From positions 35,330,213-35,394,212 of the forward strand of contig OZ234493.1 in the NCBI GenBank assembly GCA_965153455.1: a DNA stretch of 64,000 bases, in the 5' to 3' direction. How positions within the stretch are numbered: the stretch's first letter is position 1; each line of letters opens with the position of its first letter. Below are positions 52,443-64,000 of this stretch, one piece after another. The DNA is from Sphagnum compactum. Its lineage: Eukaryota. The notes below the pieces were generated by a model. The model had not been told where the DNA came from and made no database searches. It saw only the letters and a program-made list of their open reading frames with translations. The position numbers were made by a program, and so were the translations under genes.

Positions 52443-53948
52443 ATGGGATGCAATTCAAATGACATGAGTCAGCGTTGTCCTTGGACAGCAAACAGCCAAC
52501 ATGTATGTATCGCAAGGAAACCAGCAGCCAACAAACATGAAAAAACAGTAGGTCTGTATGTCTCCTCCAGCTCTGATAATGAGGATTGCTTGGACATTTT
52601 CAGACGAGTGAGTTATTTAATGATGTACACTCTTGGGTTTGGAGTTTACGACTATTATATGGTGGTGGAAGAAGAAGATGAAGAAAAAGAAGAAGAAGAA
52701 CAATTATATATAGTTCAGATCAAGTTTTTGAGCGGTTCCAGTTTGAGCTTCTCAACTCGTAACAACTACAAGAGCAGGTCCACCGGCAGCAGTAGAATGG
52801 CATGTCCTGTCCTCTCCTATAGATGAAGTAGTACAGACTACAGACTTCAAAGAGCATGCAAAAAAATGGTTTTAGACCTGTATCTTTTCCCTGCATACAG
52901 TGCTCTCCATGAGGCCCAGTGAAAAGTTAGACTGGTTTTTGATTGTCTGGGCATATATGATTGGCCCATATGGTGGTAGCATTTAAATAGCCTCTCACTC
53001 TATACTGCACAAATTTGCATGTTTACGGATGAGGAAGAAGGGCTGGGGAAACAAACAACTTACCACTTCATGTTGGATTTGATGTACATCCTTGTAGATG
53101 CTCAAATCGGGGTGTGACTGGACCTTGTCGAAGAGCATCTCCACCCACAGTAGGTAGTAGTAAAATGGCTTGTAAAATCATATATTTTGGATGAAGTATG
53201 TCAGACAAATAATGTAAAACTGAGTTTAGGCCTGTACTACTGAAGAACGACATACAGTGCTCTCAATGATGACCAGTAACAAGAAAGTGAATGTTTGTGA
53301 TCGGTCAACTACAATTGTTGGCCCACATGGTGAGATGGAATTAATCTTGTACTAAAATTTGGATGTGTGCTTAGTGGCTTCATGGTGTGAAAATGGATTG
53401 GATTTGCTCCCACACAACTTGCACCCAGACTTAGACAGTAGAGGTTTCAAAAAGATCAGCAATAAGAAAATGAATGTTTTGGACTTTGCGGGTTAGAGTG
53501 ATTGGCCACACATCTACTGCTTCTGCTATTCATTGGTACCGCCTCAAGTAGACTGCATTGCTGGAGTTGCTCTAACATATTGTTATATAAAAAAGAAGAC
53601 TGAGGGGGGTACTATGGACTGAGCACAGCCAAGGGCCAGTGGTATGAAGAAGAAGAAGATGCAAGTTGATCTGAAGCTCCTTATAGCCTAGCAGCCAGGG
53701 TACAAGAAAGAGATTTGGATTCCCTTGCCAAAGGGGTTTTGGGTTATCGTCCAACTGACAATATCAGCACTGTACTGTCTGAGAATCCAAGTGAAACCAC
53801 AAACTTGCAATCAAAGTACCCAACAAATTTGATACTCTGGTATGGCCCAGGATTTGGGAGAACTGTGTTTTTGCCTCGAGCCCAGAGTGAAGACTATTGT
53901 GTGGGACCAACGATCCCTTTGCACAGCGGAAAAGTGAAGACTATATAA
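52443..53948 (+). pseudogene. Possible spliced gene or pseudogene remnant of unknown identity
   Basis: An ATG follows a telo-box-like AAACCCTAAACCCT and a (GAA)n leader. Several AG/GT-bounded short segments have compatible phases but in-frame stops. No recognisable protein family. Confidence 0.25.
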
Positions 53949-56900
53949 TACTCTTATATTGTGTTTTGTTCCCAATGCCCAGGATTAGGTAGTGATTTTG
54001 CACAGAGCTTTATACTGTGAGTGGGGCTTTAAGCATGTTGGAATACTTTGCTTATATTTTTGCACTCTGCAGAGTTTGTTCAAATGTAAAATCGGATCCC
54101 CAAAGTTTCATGAACTTACATAAGATTTGGAATGAGTCATGTGGTTTTGGAATCGGGTTGGTCGTTGTGAGGGTGGTGGGTGGGGTGGCGAAGGGAGGGG
54201 TGTGGTATCGGATAGGATTGTTAAAGGTCAATTAGTAACCCCCCCTCCCCCCCCCCCTCAAACCAAAACTCAGGGGGCCACTTAAACACCAAGCCCAAGA
54301 GAGGAGACAAAGCCAAAAGAACAGGTCCAAGTTCCAGTGAGCAAGCCAAGGAACATGGGAAAGTAAAGGCCCTCTGCACCTACCAAACATCTTGAAGACC
54401 GGTTATCAAAGTCCTCCAAAGTGCAAAAAAATCACAACCAAGTAGAGTACTCCAAGAAAGATCAGGGAATGAAGAGGATATTGCAAACTCTAAAGAACCT
54501 CCAAGAGACACAAGTCTTGGGGCTCCGCTTGTCTTGTCTTGCAATGCTTCCAGTTAGGTACCTACCTTCTTTGTGTTCTGTGGTGGGAAAAAAAACACAC
54601 TAATGCATAAAGAATGAATGAATCATGAAAAAAACACATGCTGATGATCCGTGTTCCACATACAAGTTTCTCGACCCTTGTGGACAATTAATTTGTCAAG
54701 TGAAGAAGACAATTTGCAAATTGAGATGGGTTTAGGGTTTAGAGCTGACTGTAGCTGGGATCAGAATATATGTATGTATGTTGCTGAGGTCAAAGTTTTA
54801 AACATGTGGGTATGAAATAGAATGTAAAAAAGAAGAAGAAAATACCTGAGTTGGGCAGTTATTAGAAACAGGAACACACCCCCCCCTCCCCATGGTTCTT
54901 AGGATTCATAACCGTGGGTGGTTTTCAAAAAAAATCAAAGAATCGGTTCTGATATATACGATAACCACAATCCTCAATTCTTTTGACTAAATCAAATAAC
55001 CGCTCATGAGCCTGCCGGATCTCATGAAACCCGTTCCTTCCTGAAGGCTTTTGAAATAATTGAGATCCATGGTTCTTTGATTCCCATTCTTTTCAAATAT
55101 CCAAAACCAATGGTTCCCCGATTTTGAAATATACAGAAGGCAAGAATTCAGTGGTTCTTTTAAAACTTGAATAATCGCACAACATTGCAAGATGACCAGA
55201 GAACATGCAGTCCCAAATCTTATATATATATTGATAACCCTTCAAGGGCCTTCAAGGGGAAGTTCCTAAAAATTTAAGACATTTGCTAGGCTAAATATAA
55301 GCTGTGAATATGTTTCCCTTTACTTTTGCCAAACATGCATGGTGGTTATAAGTACAGGGGTAAAGGTATTTGAAAATGATGCAATTTTATGTGTGGATTG
55401 AGTTTAGGGTTATAATTTTAAAAGTGCTGATTTTATTCAAATTGAGTCTTTAGTTTTCCTATTCAACACAACAGATGTTTGAAAAATTACAACAAGATAA
55501 AAACAAATTGAAGTACACGTTCTAAAAACAGATGACATTTGTTTTGTCACATTTTTGTTGTAGTCTCAAAGACATGAGGAAGACAATGTTGACATTTGAG
55601 GCACGGCACCGAAAGACAATCGAAACAAAAAGCAGGAGGACCAGGAATAGGAGGAAAGCTCAAAGCTCTAGAGGAGAAAGCTGGCTGGGGGGGGGAGGGG
55701 TGGAAAAAAAACCTAAACCCTAATACCCTAACCTGCCTAAAAATCTAAACCTTGGGTAATCCTGAGTCGGATTGCTCCAATGAATCTCCTGGGTAGGCGA
55801 TTCTGGTTCAAACCCGATTCTCACCTCCAACCAAGTTCCCAGGTAAAGTTCGTAAGACAATCCTCAGGTCTAGTCTGGGTTTGGGATCTGGATCTTGATA
55901 CTTGAAACCTCCGTGCGATCCAGATACCCTCACAACACTGGAAAATACCTTATGAATGTTCATCAGAACTGCAACCATGCATAGTCTATATACATCTGAC
56001 ATAAGAATTAGACAGTTGGATAAGCTAATAAACTCCTACTTTGAAACCAAAACCCCAAAATATACAGGTGGAGATCCACCGCACAACTCTACAACAACAA
56101 CTTGCATTTTACAAGTGGAATTACATACATTTTAACATGGAACAATGGATCTAACAAATTAAGTACACCATGTCGTGAACTGAATACATTCAAAACCTCT
56201 CCAATGGCATCGTACTCCAAAGGTAGCAAGCACTAGAACAACCCCCCTGCAATGGGCACTCGTCCATATTAAAGATGGTTACCCAATATGCACCATTAGA
56301 TAAGGGTGAGCACATAATCAAGGAACCAATGGACATGTTCAAAGGCCTCCAGTGGGACGTTCACTCATTCTGATATCCAAGTGTGTCGGAATTAAATCGT
56401 ATTAACTGAAAATTGCATTCAATGGTGGCATCATGGATGGCCCCAAAGCCTGGTCACACCCTTTTTTGGTTAACCCAAGATTGATCAACACCACTTTTAG
56501 GGTTTTAGTCAGTGCCATTTGGGGATGAACATGAGGCCACGTCTCATGCTCTGGTATGTGAGGTTTAAGAAAATGTAATTCATACCTCACACATGCATCA
56601 TGAGACAAGGCCTACTGCCGTTGGGAAAACCGCATTTTGTTGGAGTGTTTGTTTGATCTCTAAAGGATGAGAGGAGAACTGTGCATAAGCTTAAAAATTA
56701 TGAGTGAAATGTTCCTCAAAGCTGGTGGCAAGTAGCTAAATCAGATAATTATCTATCTGCTGACAAAATACGAGGATTCAATCTTTGGGAATGTAAACCC
56801 TAAATTAGGACTAATTAGGACTAATTAGGACTGCTAAAGTCCAAATAATGATGCACCTTGATGAAGTTCGAGGCTTGGGTCTGCAAAAATGCAACTCCAA

Positions 56901-58145
56901 GATTGGACTTGCTAGTTTGTTTGAGAGGAATTTGCCAAGAGCAATCAGACTAGACTGGGATAATTGGGTCAACAAGGTGCTTTAACATGTCCATAATAAT
57001 ATATGTGTTCTTTCTTATTGTACTCTCTACAATTTCCATGATTCCATGAGCACTGCAGCTTCATAGTTTGGAAAAGCAAAAAGGCTCATGCATACAGAGA
57101 TGAGTAGGTACTATTGAGTGTACCTCAGATATTGAAAAGTCACAACAGTATGATATAAGCTCTTACCCCTTGCCCCCCACATCTTGTACTTGCAACTGAT
57201 GCTTTGCTGCCTGTTAATTCTGAAGATGATGAGTCAGAAAAAAACCAAAAAAATTGACTTATCCTTACCAGATTTTCCAAGAATTGAAGCATTGCACCTT
57301 TGATGTTCAAAGTGCAATCCACTCCATTGGGTGACTTTAATCAACTTAAAATATAAGCTGGGAAACCTTGCATAGTTATACTCGATTGTCAAAATCTCAA
57401 AATGTTCAAATTGCGGCTGTTGGACTCATTTTTTTCAAGTGATTAAATATTCTGACAAAATTTTGTCAGTAGACGTAAGATCTACTTGCATACTTATATT
57501 TGATCATCAAAATCTTGAAATATTCAAATTGAGGCTGTTGCACTGTTATTATTTTGTTATTGAAGTGATCAAATAGTTTGACAAAATCTGTCGATTATCA
57601 ATTGTCGTTCCCATAGATGGACCCCCCTTTACCTGAAACATGCGAGCTTATGCACTAGCTCTGGAAACACCAACTATGTTGTCCTGAACAAGAGCACAGT
57701 AGTTGAGATCAAGAACACACCAAAAAGCGGATCTGATTTATGTCCCTAATAAGATTGCTATATTCTATCAAGCCAATGGTGACTTGACTCTTGACCAAAT
57801 TTTTGCATGGTATCTTGGCTTTTGAGAGAAAAAGTTTGATCACCCAAAGAGAACAAGGAGAGAAAAGTGCATGGCAGTCAGTCAATCTTGGCAAGAAGGC
57901 TGGCTCATACTGCTGCTGCTGAGATGACAGAGATTCTTGTCATTCCTCACCATGTGCACTTCTGGCTTCAACTGGTTTCCCCTCTTGACATAGATGTGGA
58001 TTACAGATAACATTTTGACAATTGGGAGCACTTGAGAAGTTAGTTAGTTCCCCAATCTCGAACATTAGCAGCAATGGTAGGTTCTACCAGTGCAGCCCCC
58101 ACACATCCCCCAAGTGGTCGACCAGTATAGTATAGTATAGTCTGG

Positions 58146-58388
58146 CTCAACTCTCAGTTCACCCGGGGATTGGGATGCCCAAAAGGGCAGCTCCCCCATA
58201 CCTCCATGGATAGTACTACATAATCAACTGTTGTAAGAGTCTCGAGGATGACACAATTGGCTACCTCAACTCTCAATTCACCCGGGGAGTGGGATGCCCA
58301 AAAGGGCAGCTCCCCCATACCTCCATGGATAGTAGTACTACATAATCAACTGTTGTAAGAGTCTCGAGGAGGACCCAATTGGCTACCT
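58146..58388. repeat. ~120-bp tandem duplication containing a GC-rich hairpin
   Basis: ctcaactctca.ttcacccgggga.tgggatgcccaaaagggcagctcccc...attggctac at 58146 and 58265. Confidence 0.92.
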
Positions 58389-58784
58389 ATCTGATCGATT
58401 GTGAGCTATAAGCAAATAACCTGCAACCTTCATTTTTGTTGGTGACCTGGTACTACTCTCCCAGCAGCTCTAGGTACCACTCTCAACTCTCATTGGCCCC
58501 ATTCTTTCATAACCATACTGCTTTCTTGGATGAACATGACATTCATTCATCAATCAAACATCCATCTACGATGGATGTTTCATTAATGATAAAAATGACG
58601 ACTAGACTAGACTAGACGTAGGTATGAAATTAATAATGCACAATATTAAAAGCCACTTAACAAGTTGTCCTACTGACTTAGTATGGCAAGTAGTTTTGAT
58701 TCTCACAATAGTCAGTTGTGCTTCCTACCAGGCTCAAGGCCACTATTTCTCGGACGGAAAGAGCCTTGGTGCTCTCTCCATGTT

Positions 58785-59020
58785 TGTGACTCTTTCTAGT
58801 AACCAGTCGCCTCTTGCCATTACCTAATCCATGATATGTAGTTGCAAACAAAGACAAGTTTTTTCTCACATACATTGTGACTCTTTCTAGTAACCAGGGA
58901 GGGGCCTCTTGCTGTTACCTTGTCCATAAGATGTAGTTGCATCTACAAAACACAAGTTTTTCTCCCATCATGACTCTTTCTAGGAACCAGTGTTCGTCCC
59001 TCTTGCCGTTACCTGGTCCG
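58785..59020. repeat. Diverged ~92-bp tandem repeat, ~2.5 copies
   Basis: tgactctttctag(t/g)aaccag...cctcttgc..ttacct at ~58787, ~58878 and ~58971. Confidence 0.85.
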
Positions 59021-62000
59021 TAGGGTAGGTAGGCCAGTGTCCAAACACTTAAGGTAGGGTTTGCTCGCCGTTTTTGCAGGAGGGCCCCATTGTTTATGGT
59101 GTCCAAAGAGTAGATGGAGCCCTCCTCTTGGTGCATCTGTCACACTAAAAATCAGCAAAAACGGACCAATTACGAGAAAATTATGACCCCCCAAAGTAGG
59201 GGGGGGGGGGTGTTCATTTTTACAGAAACTTCTCAATTGAACAGCTCATAGTTATTTTCGAACCCCTCAAAAAATCCTTAAATAATACTCTTGTTGCCTT
59301 TAGAGTTCTACAAAATGATTTGTAAGCTTAAGATGGTGATTTCAGAGCAGTTTAAATCACTCAATTTGAACCAAAAAAATGAGAAAGTTATGCACTGATG
59401 AAGTAGGAGACGTCAAAATGAAAAAAACATGTTTTGCAATTCGAAAAAATGTATTTTCTTTACTGCTATTTTTGGCTGCTCCTTTGGCTTTGCATTTCAA
59501 AGATGATTTGTAGAGCTTGAGAAGGCACTCCTATAACATTTTAAATCACTCAAAATGGAGAAGAATTGAGAAAGATGTGCCAAAGTGTTGGGTGATCAGC
59601 TAGTGCAAGGTGATAGGTGTTGATAGGTGTATCCACCTTAATATTATTAGTTGCAACAAAAGACAAGTTTTTACTACTTATTGATTGGGTTTTGGTCCAT
59701 TAGTATTGTAACAAGATCCATAAGCAAGGGGGACAAGGTTGTTTTGGAAGGGACTAACTAGACTAAGCATAAGACCCGACACAACCTAATAGGTTAAAAT
59801 GTGAAGGAGACACCATGCACACCATGGTGGATGTCTACACTAATTGTTGCTACTCATATGATTAACCAACTTAATCACAACACATAACACAAAACAATTA
59901 AAGAAAAAAACTTGTAAGTCAAACCCTTTATATACCCCGTAACTGGGAATCCCCATAGCATGCATAAAGTCACCAAAAAAAATTCCATCTACTGTGACAT
60001 AAATACCATAGTTACTAAGGGGCAGCTTCAATCAATTAATGCGTGTCAAAAAAATACTTAAATTTGAAATTTCCATGTTGAAAATAGGATGGATATTTTC
60101 ATATATTCCAAAAATATTCTTTATTTTCTCTCCCAAAATTTTGTTCTTTGAAGTATATTTTGAAATTTTCAACTTTCCTACATCTAGCTACATCTACATG
60201 CTAATTTTCCTCCTCAAATAGCCTTTTCAAGCTACAATCCATGGTGATAGTGATAAGATTAATGGGTGACAATCATGTACATGTCAAAATTTCCAACATA
60301 TTACTTACATCTCCATTCTAACATAGTGTGCTTACCAATTGGAAATTTTCTATAGGCTTAATCCTCAATGTTCCAAATGGTTGAAAAAAGAAATAAAGCT
60401 TAACACATCATAATGTAATGGTTGCCCCCAACAAAATCCCAAATCCAATTTGTTTAGTGGGGAAATTATCCACTTCCCTTTAAACTTGTACCTATGTGAA
60501 GCCTCACATTAAGTGATGGACCTTGAAAACATCATGTTCCCAAGGAACACCCAATTGTGTGCACACAATATCCATCCATTTGAATGAACAAGGAAGATGA
60601 ACTTCATGTTGTTATTTACAAACCTTGCACAATAGAAAAAATCACAGGTTGGCATTTAAATAGGAGGATGTTAATTTCCTTTGATAACTATTTTCCAATA
60701 TTTTGATAATTTTAAATATGGGTGGTAACTTGTCATGCTAAACTTTGTGAATTGTAGTTTCCAAGCCCACATTCTTATCTTCCATAATACATAGTGGGAT
60801 TCCATAATGACTTGAAATCCTTACTTGCAAAACCAAAATTATAGTCTATATGACTTTGGGGAAAAAAAAGACTTGAAATTGACACCTTACTTGCCGCACC
60901 AAAATTATATAGACTAGGCATGAATAACTCTCTTAATCTCCAATATCAACCTCTACATTTGTATGTGTGTTATAGTTAGTTACATGTGGACGTCCATTTT
61001 AAATATAAGTCAATATAACTCACTAGTATTTTTCTAATCGATCCATGATTCTACTATAGCCAATATATCATAATATTTAACTTGGTTAGGCACTAATTGA
61101 TTATTATTTGGAATTGCCAAAATTTTGAAAAAATACTTGCTTGCCATGTCAAAATTTTGAAAGAAACTCTCAAGCATACTAGCTTCATTATATAGTATAA
61201 TATTAGATTGTAAAATATTATTGTTTTTATTGTGAACACAAATGATGAAAAAAAAATAGAAACTAGGCACCTTGCTACCAAACTAGACTAGGTCCTATGG
61301 TAATCAAAATAAAAGACAAATAGAATGGGAATGAAGCCAAGCCCTAAATGGGCCCATGTATTACATTGCAAATGTTCATTATAAGAATTACCTCCACATT
61401 TGACATCATCTCTCCTTGTAGTCCTACTAGAGATTTCACAAAAATGTCATATTCCCAAGTTCTATAACATCATAGACATTTTCAAATTTTCTTATCCCCT
61501 TTCTACTAGATCTATCTTATTTTTGTTATATTTTAAAATGACTACAACCATTTGATAGTTCAACAAATGCACCTTATACATAATTGTCTAATGGCTTCTT
61601 GGAATTGGTTCTCGAATAGTTTGCCAATTTGGTTTGTCACACTCTATTGGTTGCTATAAGCAAATGTGGGCCAAGTATGTATTTTATTATATACCAATAT
61701 GTTGATGGTATAGTTTTAAACTCCATGGAATTTTCATACTGAAAGGTATTTCTATTGAACTGAGTGTTACTTCTTATATTGTTATAGTACAAGTTTAGTC
61801 AAATTTATAATTTAAAATAGTGGTAAGATTGCAAAATTTGAGAATAAAATTGTAGACAAGTATTGAACATGAATATTGGTATGATATTAATATTCCATTG
61901 TACTTTTAAATTAATTCCATTTCAACTTCAAGTCAATTAGAACAAGCTTTCATTTTAAAATACAAAAAATTAACATAAAAACTTTTTCAGTCACACCATG

Positions 62001-63720
62001 GTCACATGATTGTTGCAAAATATTCAATAGTGTAACAACACCCAACATAGCCAAATCCTAATACATACCTTCACCATCAAACATGCAACAACATAAGTCA
62101 ATAATAATGAATATTAGAGGTAATCTACCACATCTCGCTATCAAAGTATCTAGTATGGTAAACAATATTACATGTTGAACTTTCATAGTTGCTTAGTTCA
62201 AGTATTAACCACAATATTTTCATGTAGTTGAACATTAAACTAGTCTAATCCTCAACAAAAGTCTTTATGTACCATGTCATATATTAGCAGAATATATACT
62301 TGCCCAACATTAATTTAAACCACTAGTCCAACTTGGTAGTTTTGCATTTATTGACATGCCATCTTTGACTTAACACATCTAATTTGAGACATTTTGCTTC
62401 TTTGGCTTATACCTTTCTTCTGGTACCTTTGTTTTGAAAAAAATTATTTCTAAGACTTTCATTACTTAAGATTTAAGCTAATTGTTTAAACATTAATAAC
62501 TTCCTCATTTTGAATCCAAATTTGATGTTTTAAGGGTTTTTTTGTAACCCTTAAAACGAGTTTCCAATGACATATCAACATCCTAAGAAAAACATTGACC
62601 CCTCAAAATGTCATTTAAGTGGTTAGGAGTCACATAGATAATTTAACTCTTGACGTTTCAAAATGCCATAACTTATGCTACATATTTTTGTGTTACACAT
62701 ATGACCCCGATTTATTATAGTATTTATTCTTAGGCCTTTTCAATAATCTAAATAAATTTCAATTTGAATAAGGTTTGGTCTTTCAAACCTTGATCCAAAG
62801 ATTGGTGACACTCTAAGACTTTTAACTCTCAAAGTGGAAATGCACTTGAGAGTTTCGCAAGTTTCTCTTTTGCAATTTCACAAAATTCCCTTTCGATAAG
62901 GGAATGTTTTGGAATCTTGTCGTGTCTTTTAAATCTTTTCAACCTATTTCATTTGTCTTGTTCCAACCTTGGTCATGAGCCCAAAATTAAGGTTGTGACA
63001 AACTTGTTCAATCTAAGTTTAAGGAAATTTCTTTGATGTGATCACATGTTGACGACAAAGTTCAAACCAATGGGCATAAAACTTTGAATGGAAAAACCTT
63101 TGCCCTTGACCTTGTTGGGTAGATGGGGTGTTAAGGTTTATTTCAATTCCCAATAACAAATGTGCAATTTGGAGATCAATAAGCTTTCTAATCTAATTTG
63201 TGTTCTCACATGATATTGTTTAAATTGATCGTAATTGTCTATGAAGGACCTTTCTAGATGACAAAGGTGAATGCACATAAAAGTGAATTGAATTTTTGAC
63301 ACATGGACAATACACAAAAGTCCAAAAACTATTTAAAAAAATCATGTGTATATTTAAAATTATGGGAACCACATAACAAGGTGTCATTGGAATGATTTTG
63401 TACACTTGAAATTATTGCTTTGCTATATAATTTTATATTTGAAGGATGAACATTTTGACTATTAATTTCAATGAATGTTTAAAGACTTTATTAGGTACCA
63501 TGCAACTCAATGTACAACTCAATGTTTTGGTCTACAACATCATTCAAAAACATTTATACTAATGTCATCACAATATCATACTTTATCCAAAAATATTCAC
63601 TAAAATGGGCAAGACATGAAGATTTATTGAGTCCATGTTCATATAAGTATTTTCACTAGGTTTGTTACATCACTTAAAAGTCCTTTTTAATAGTGAAATG
63701 ATGTCATTTCATCATGAAAT

Positions 63721-63743
63721 TATATATATATATATATATATAT
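63721..63743. repeat. (TA)n microsatellite
   Basis: Direct reading. Confidence 0.95.
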
Positions 63744-64000
63744 AAGATGAATCCTTTCCAAGTATTTTAATTTTAATTCCAATTCATATTTTAACAAACT
63801 CACCCCATACAAATTGCCACTATGGCACCAAAAATTTAATTGTCATGAAATTGTATAATTGATGTTCAAGTAAGGTGTCAACATTTCTTTTCTAAAACTT
63901 CCAAGCTTGAAGAGGTTATTTTTTGTATTCATTGGGTACCACATACGTTCAAAGGATAATTATTTATTGAAAAATGTGATAGTTTTGGTAATTGAAAAAA

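Noticed and set aside
55552..55565. TTTTGTTGTAGTC as the partner TIR of the CACTA end at 35380
   Set aside because: The terminal base is wrong (TAGTC, not TAGTG), there is no matching 3-bp TSD and there are no subterminal repeats.
56495..56512. CTAAAACCCTAAAA (minus strand) as a telomerase RNA template
   Set aside because: It would specify TTTTAGGG rather than TTTAGGG, and I see no USE/TATA Pol III promoter or properly ordered conserved TR elements.
56575..56622. Minus-strand resemblance to the 18S rRNA 5' end (cagtag..cttgtctca..atgcatgtgt..gtatgaa)
   Set aside because: Only short gapped words match and no further rDNA homology follows, so it is not an rRNA gene.

Overview
Eukaryotic land-plant genomic DNA with spliceosomal introns, microsatellites and AT-rich TE-derived intergenic sequence; the repeat style suggests a bryophyte such as Sphagnum (inference). 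The first ~23 kb is gene-rich. It holds the 3' three exons of ornithine carbamoyltransferase (+), an intronless ~326-aa ORF of unknown function (-), and a complete 18-exon class I trehalose-6-phosphate synthase (-, ~1081 aa) with one GC-AG intron. From ~24 to 52 kb the sequence is nested mobile-element debris: a Helitron 3' end, a decayed two-ORF RTE-group (RTEX-like) LINE interrupted by an abundant LTR-like repeat, a CACTA terminus, and a cluster of non-autonomous TIR elements with GGG..CCC ends and apparent 4-bp target duplications (Sola-like). A ~1.1-kb module carrying a decayed ~188-codon orphan ORF occurs twice (4.7 kb and 45.3 kb). The 52-59 kb region has unidentifiable exon-like remnants, tandem repeats and a candidate two-hairpin RNA. 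I found no prokaryote-type system, CRISPR array, tRNA or rRNA gene. No database searches were run.
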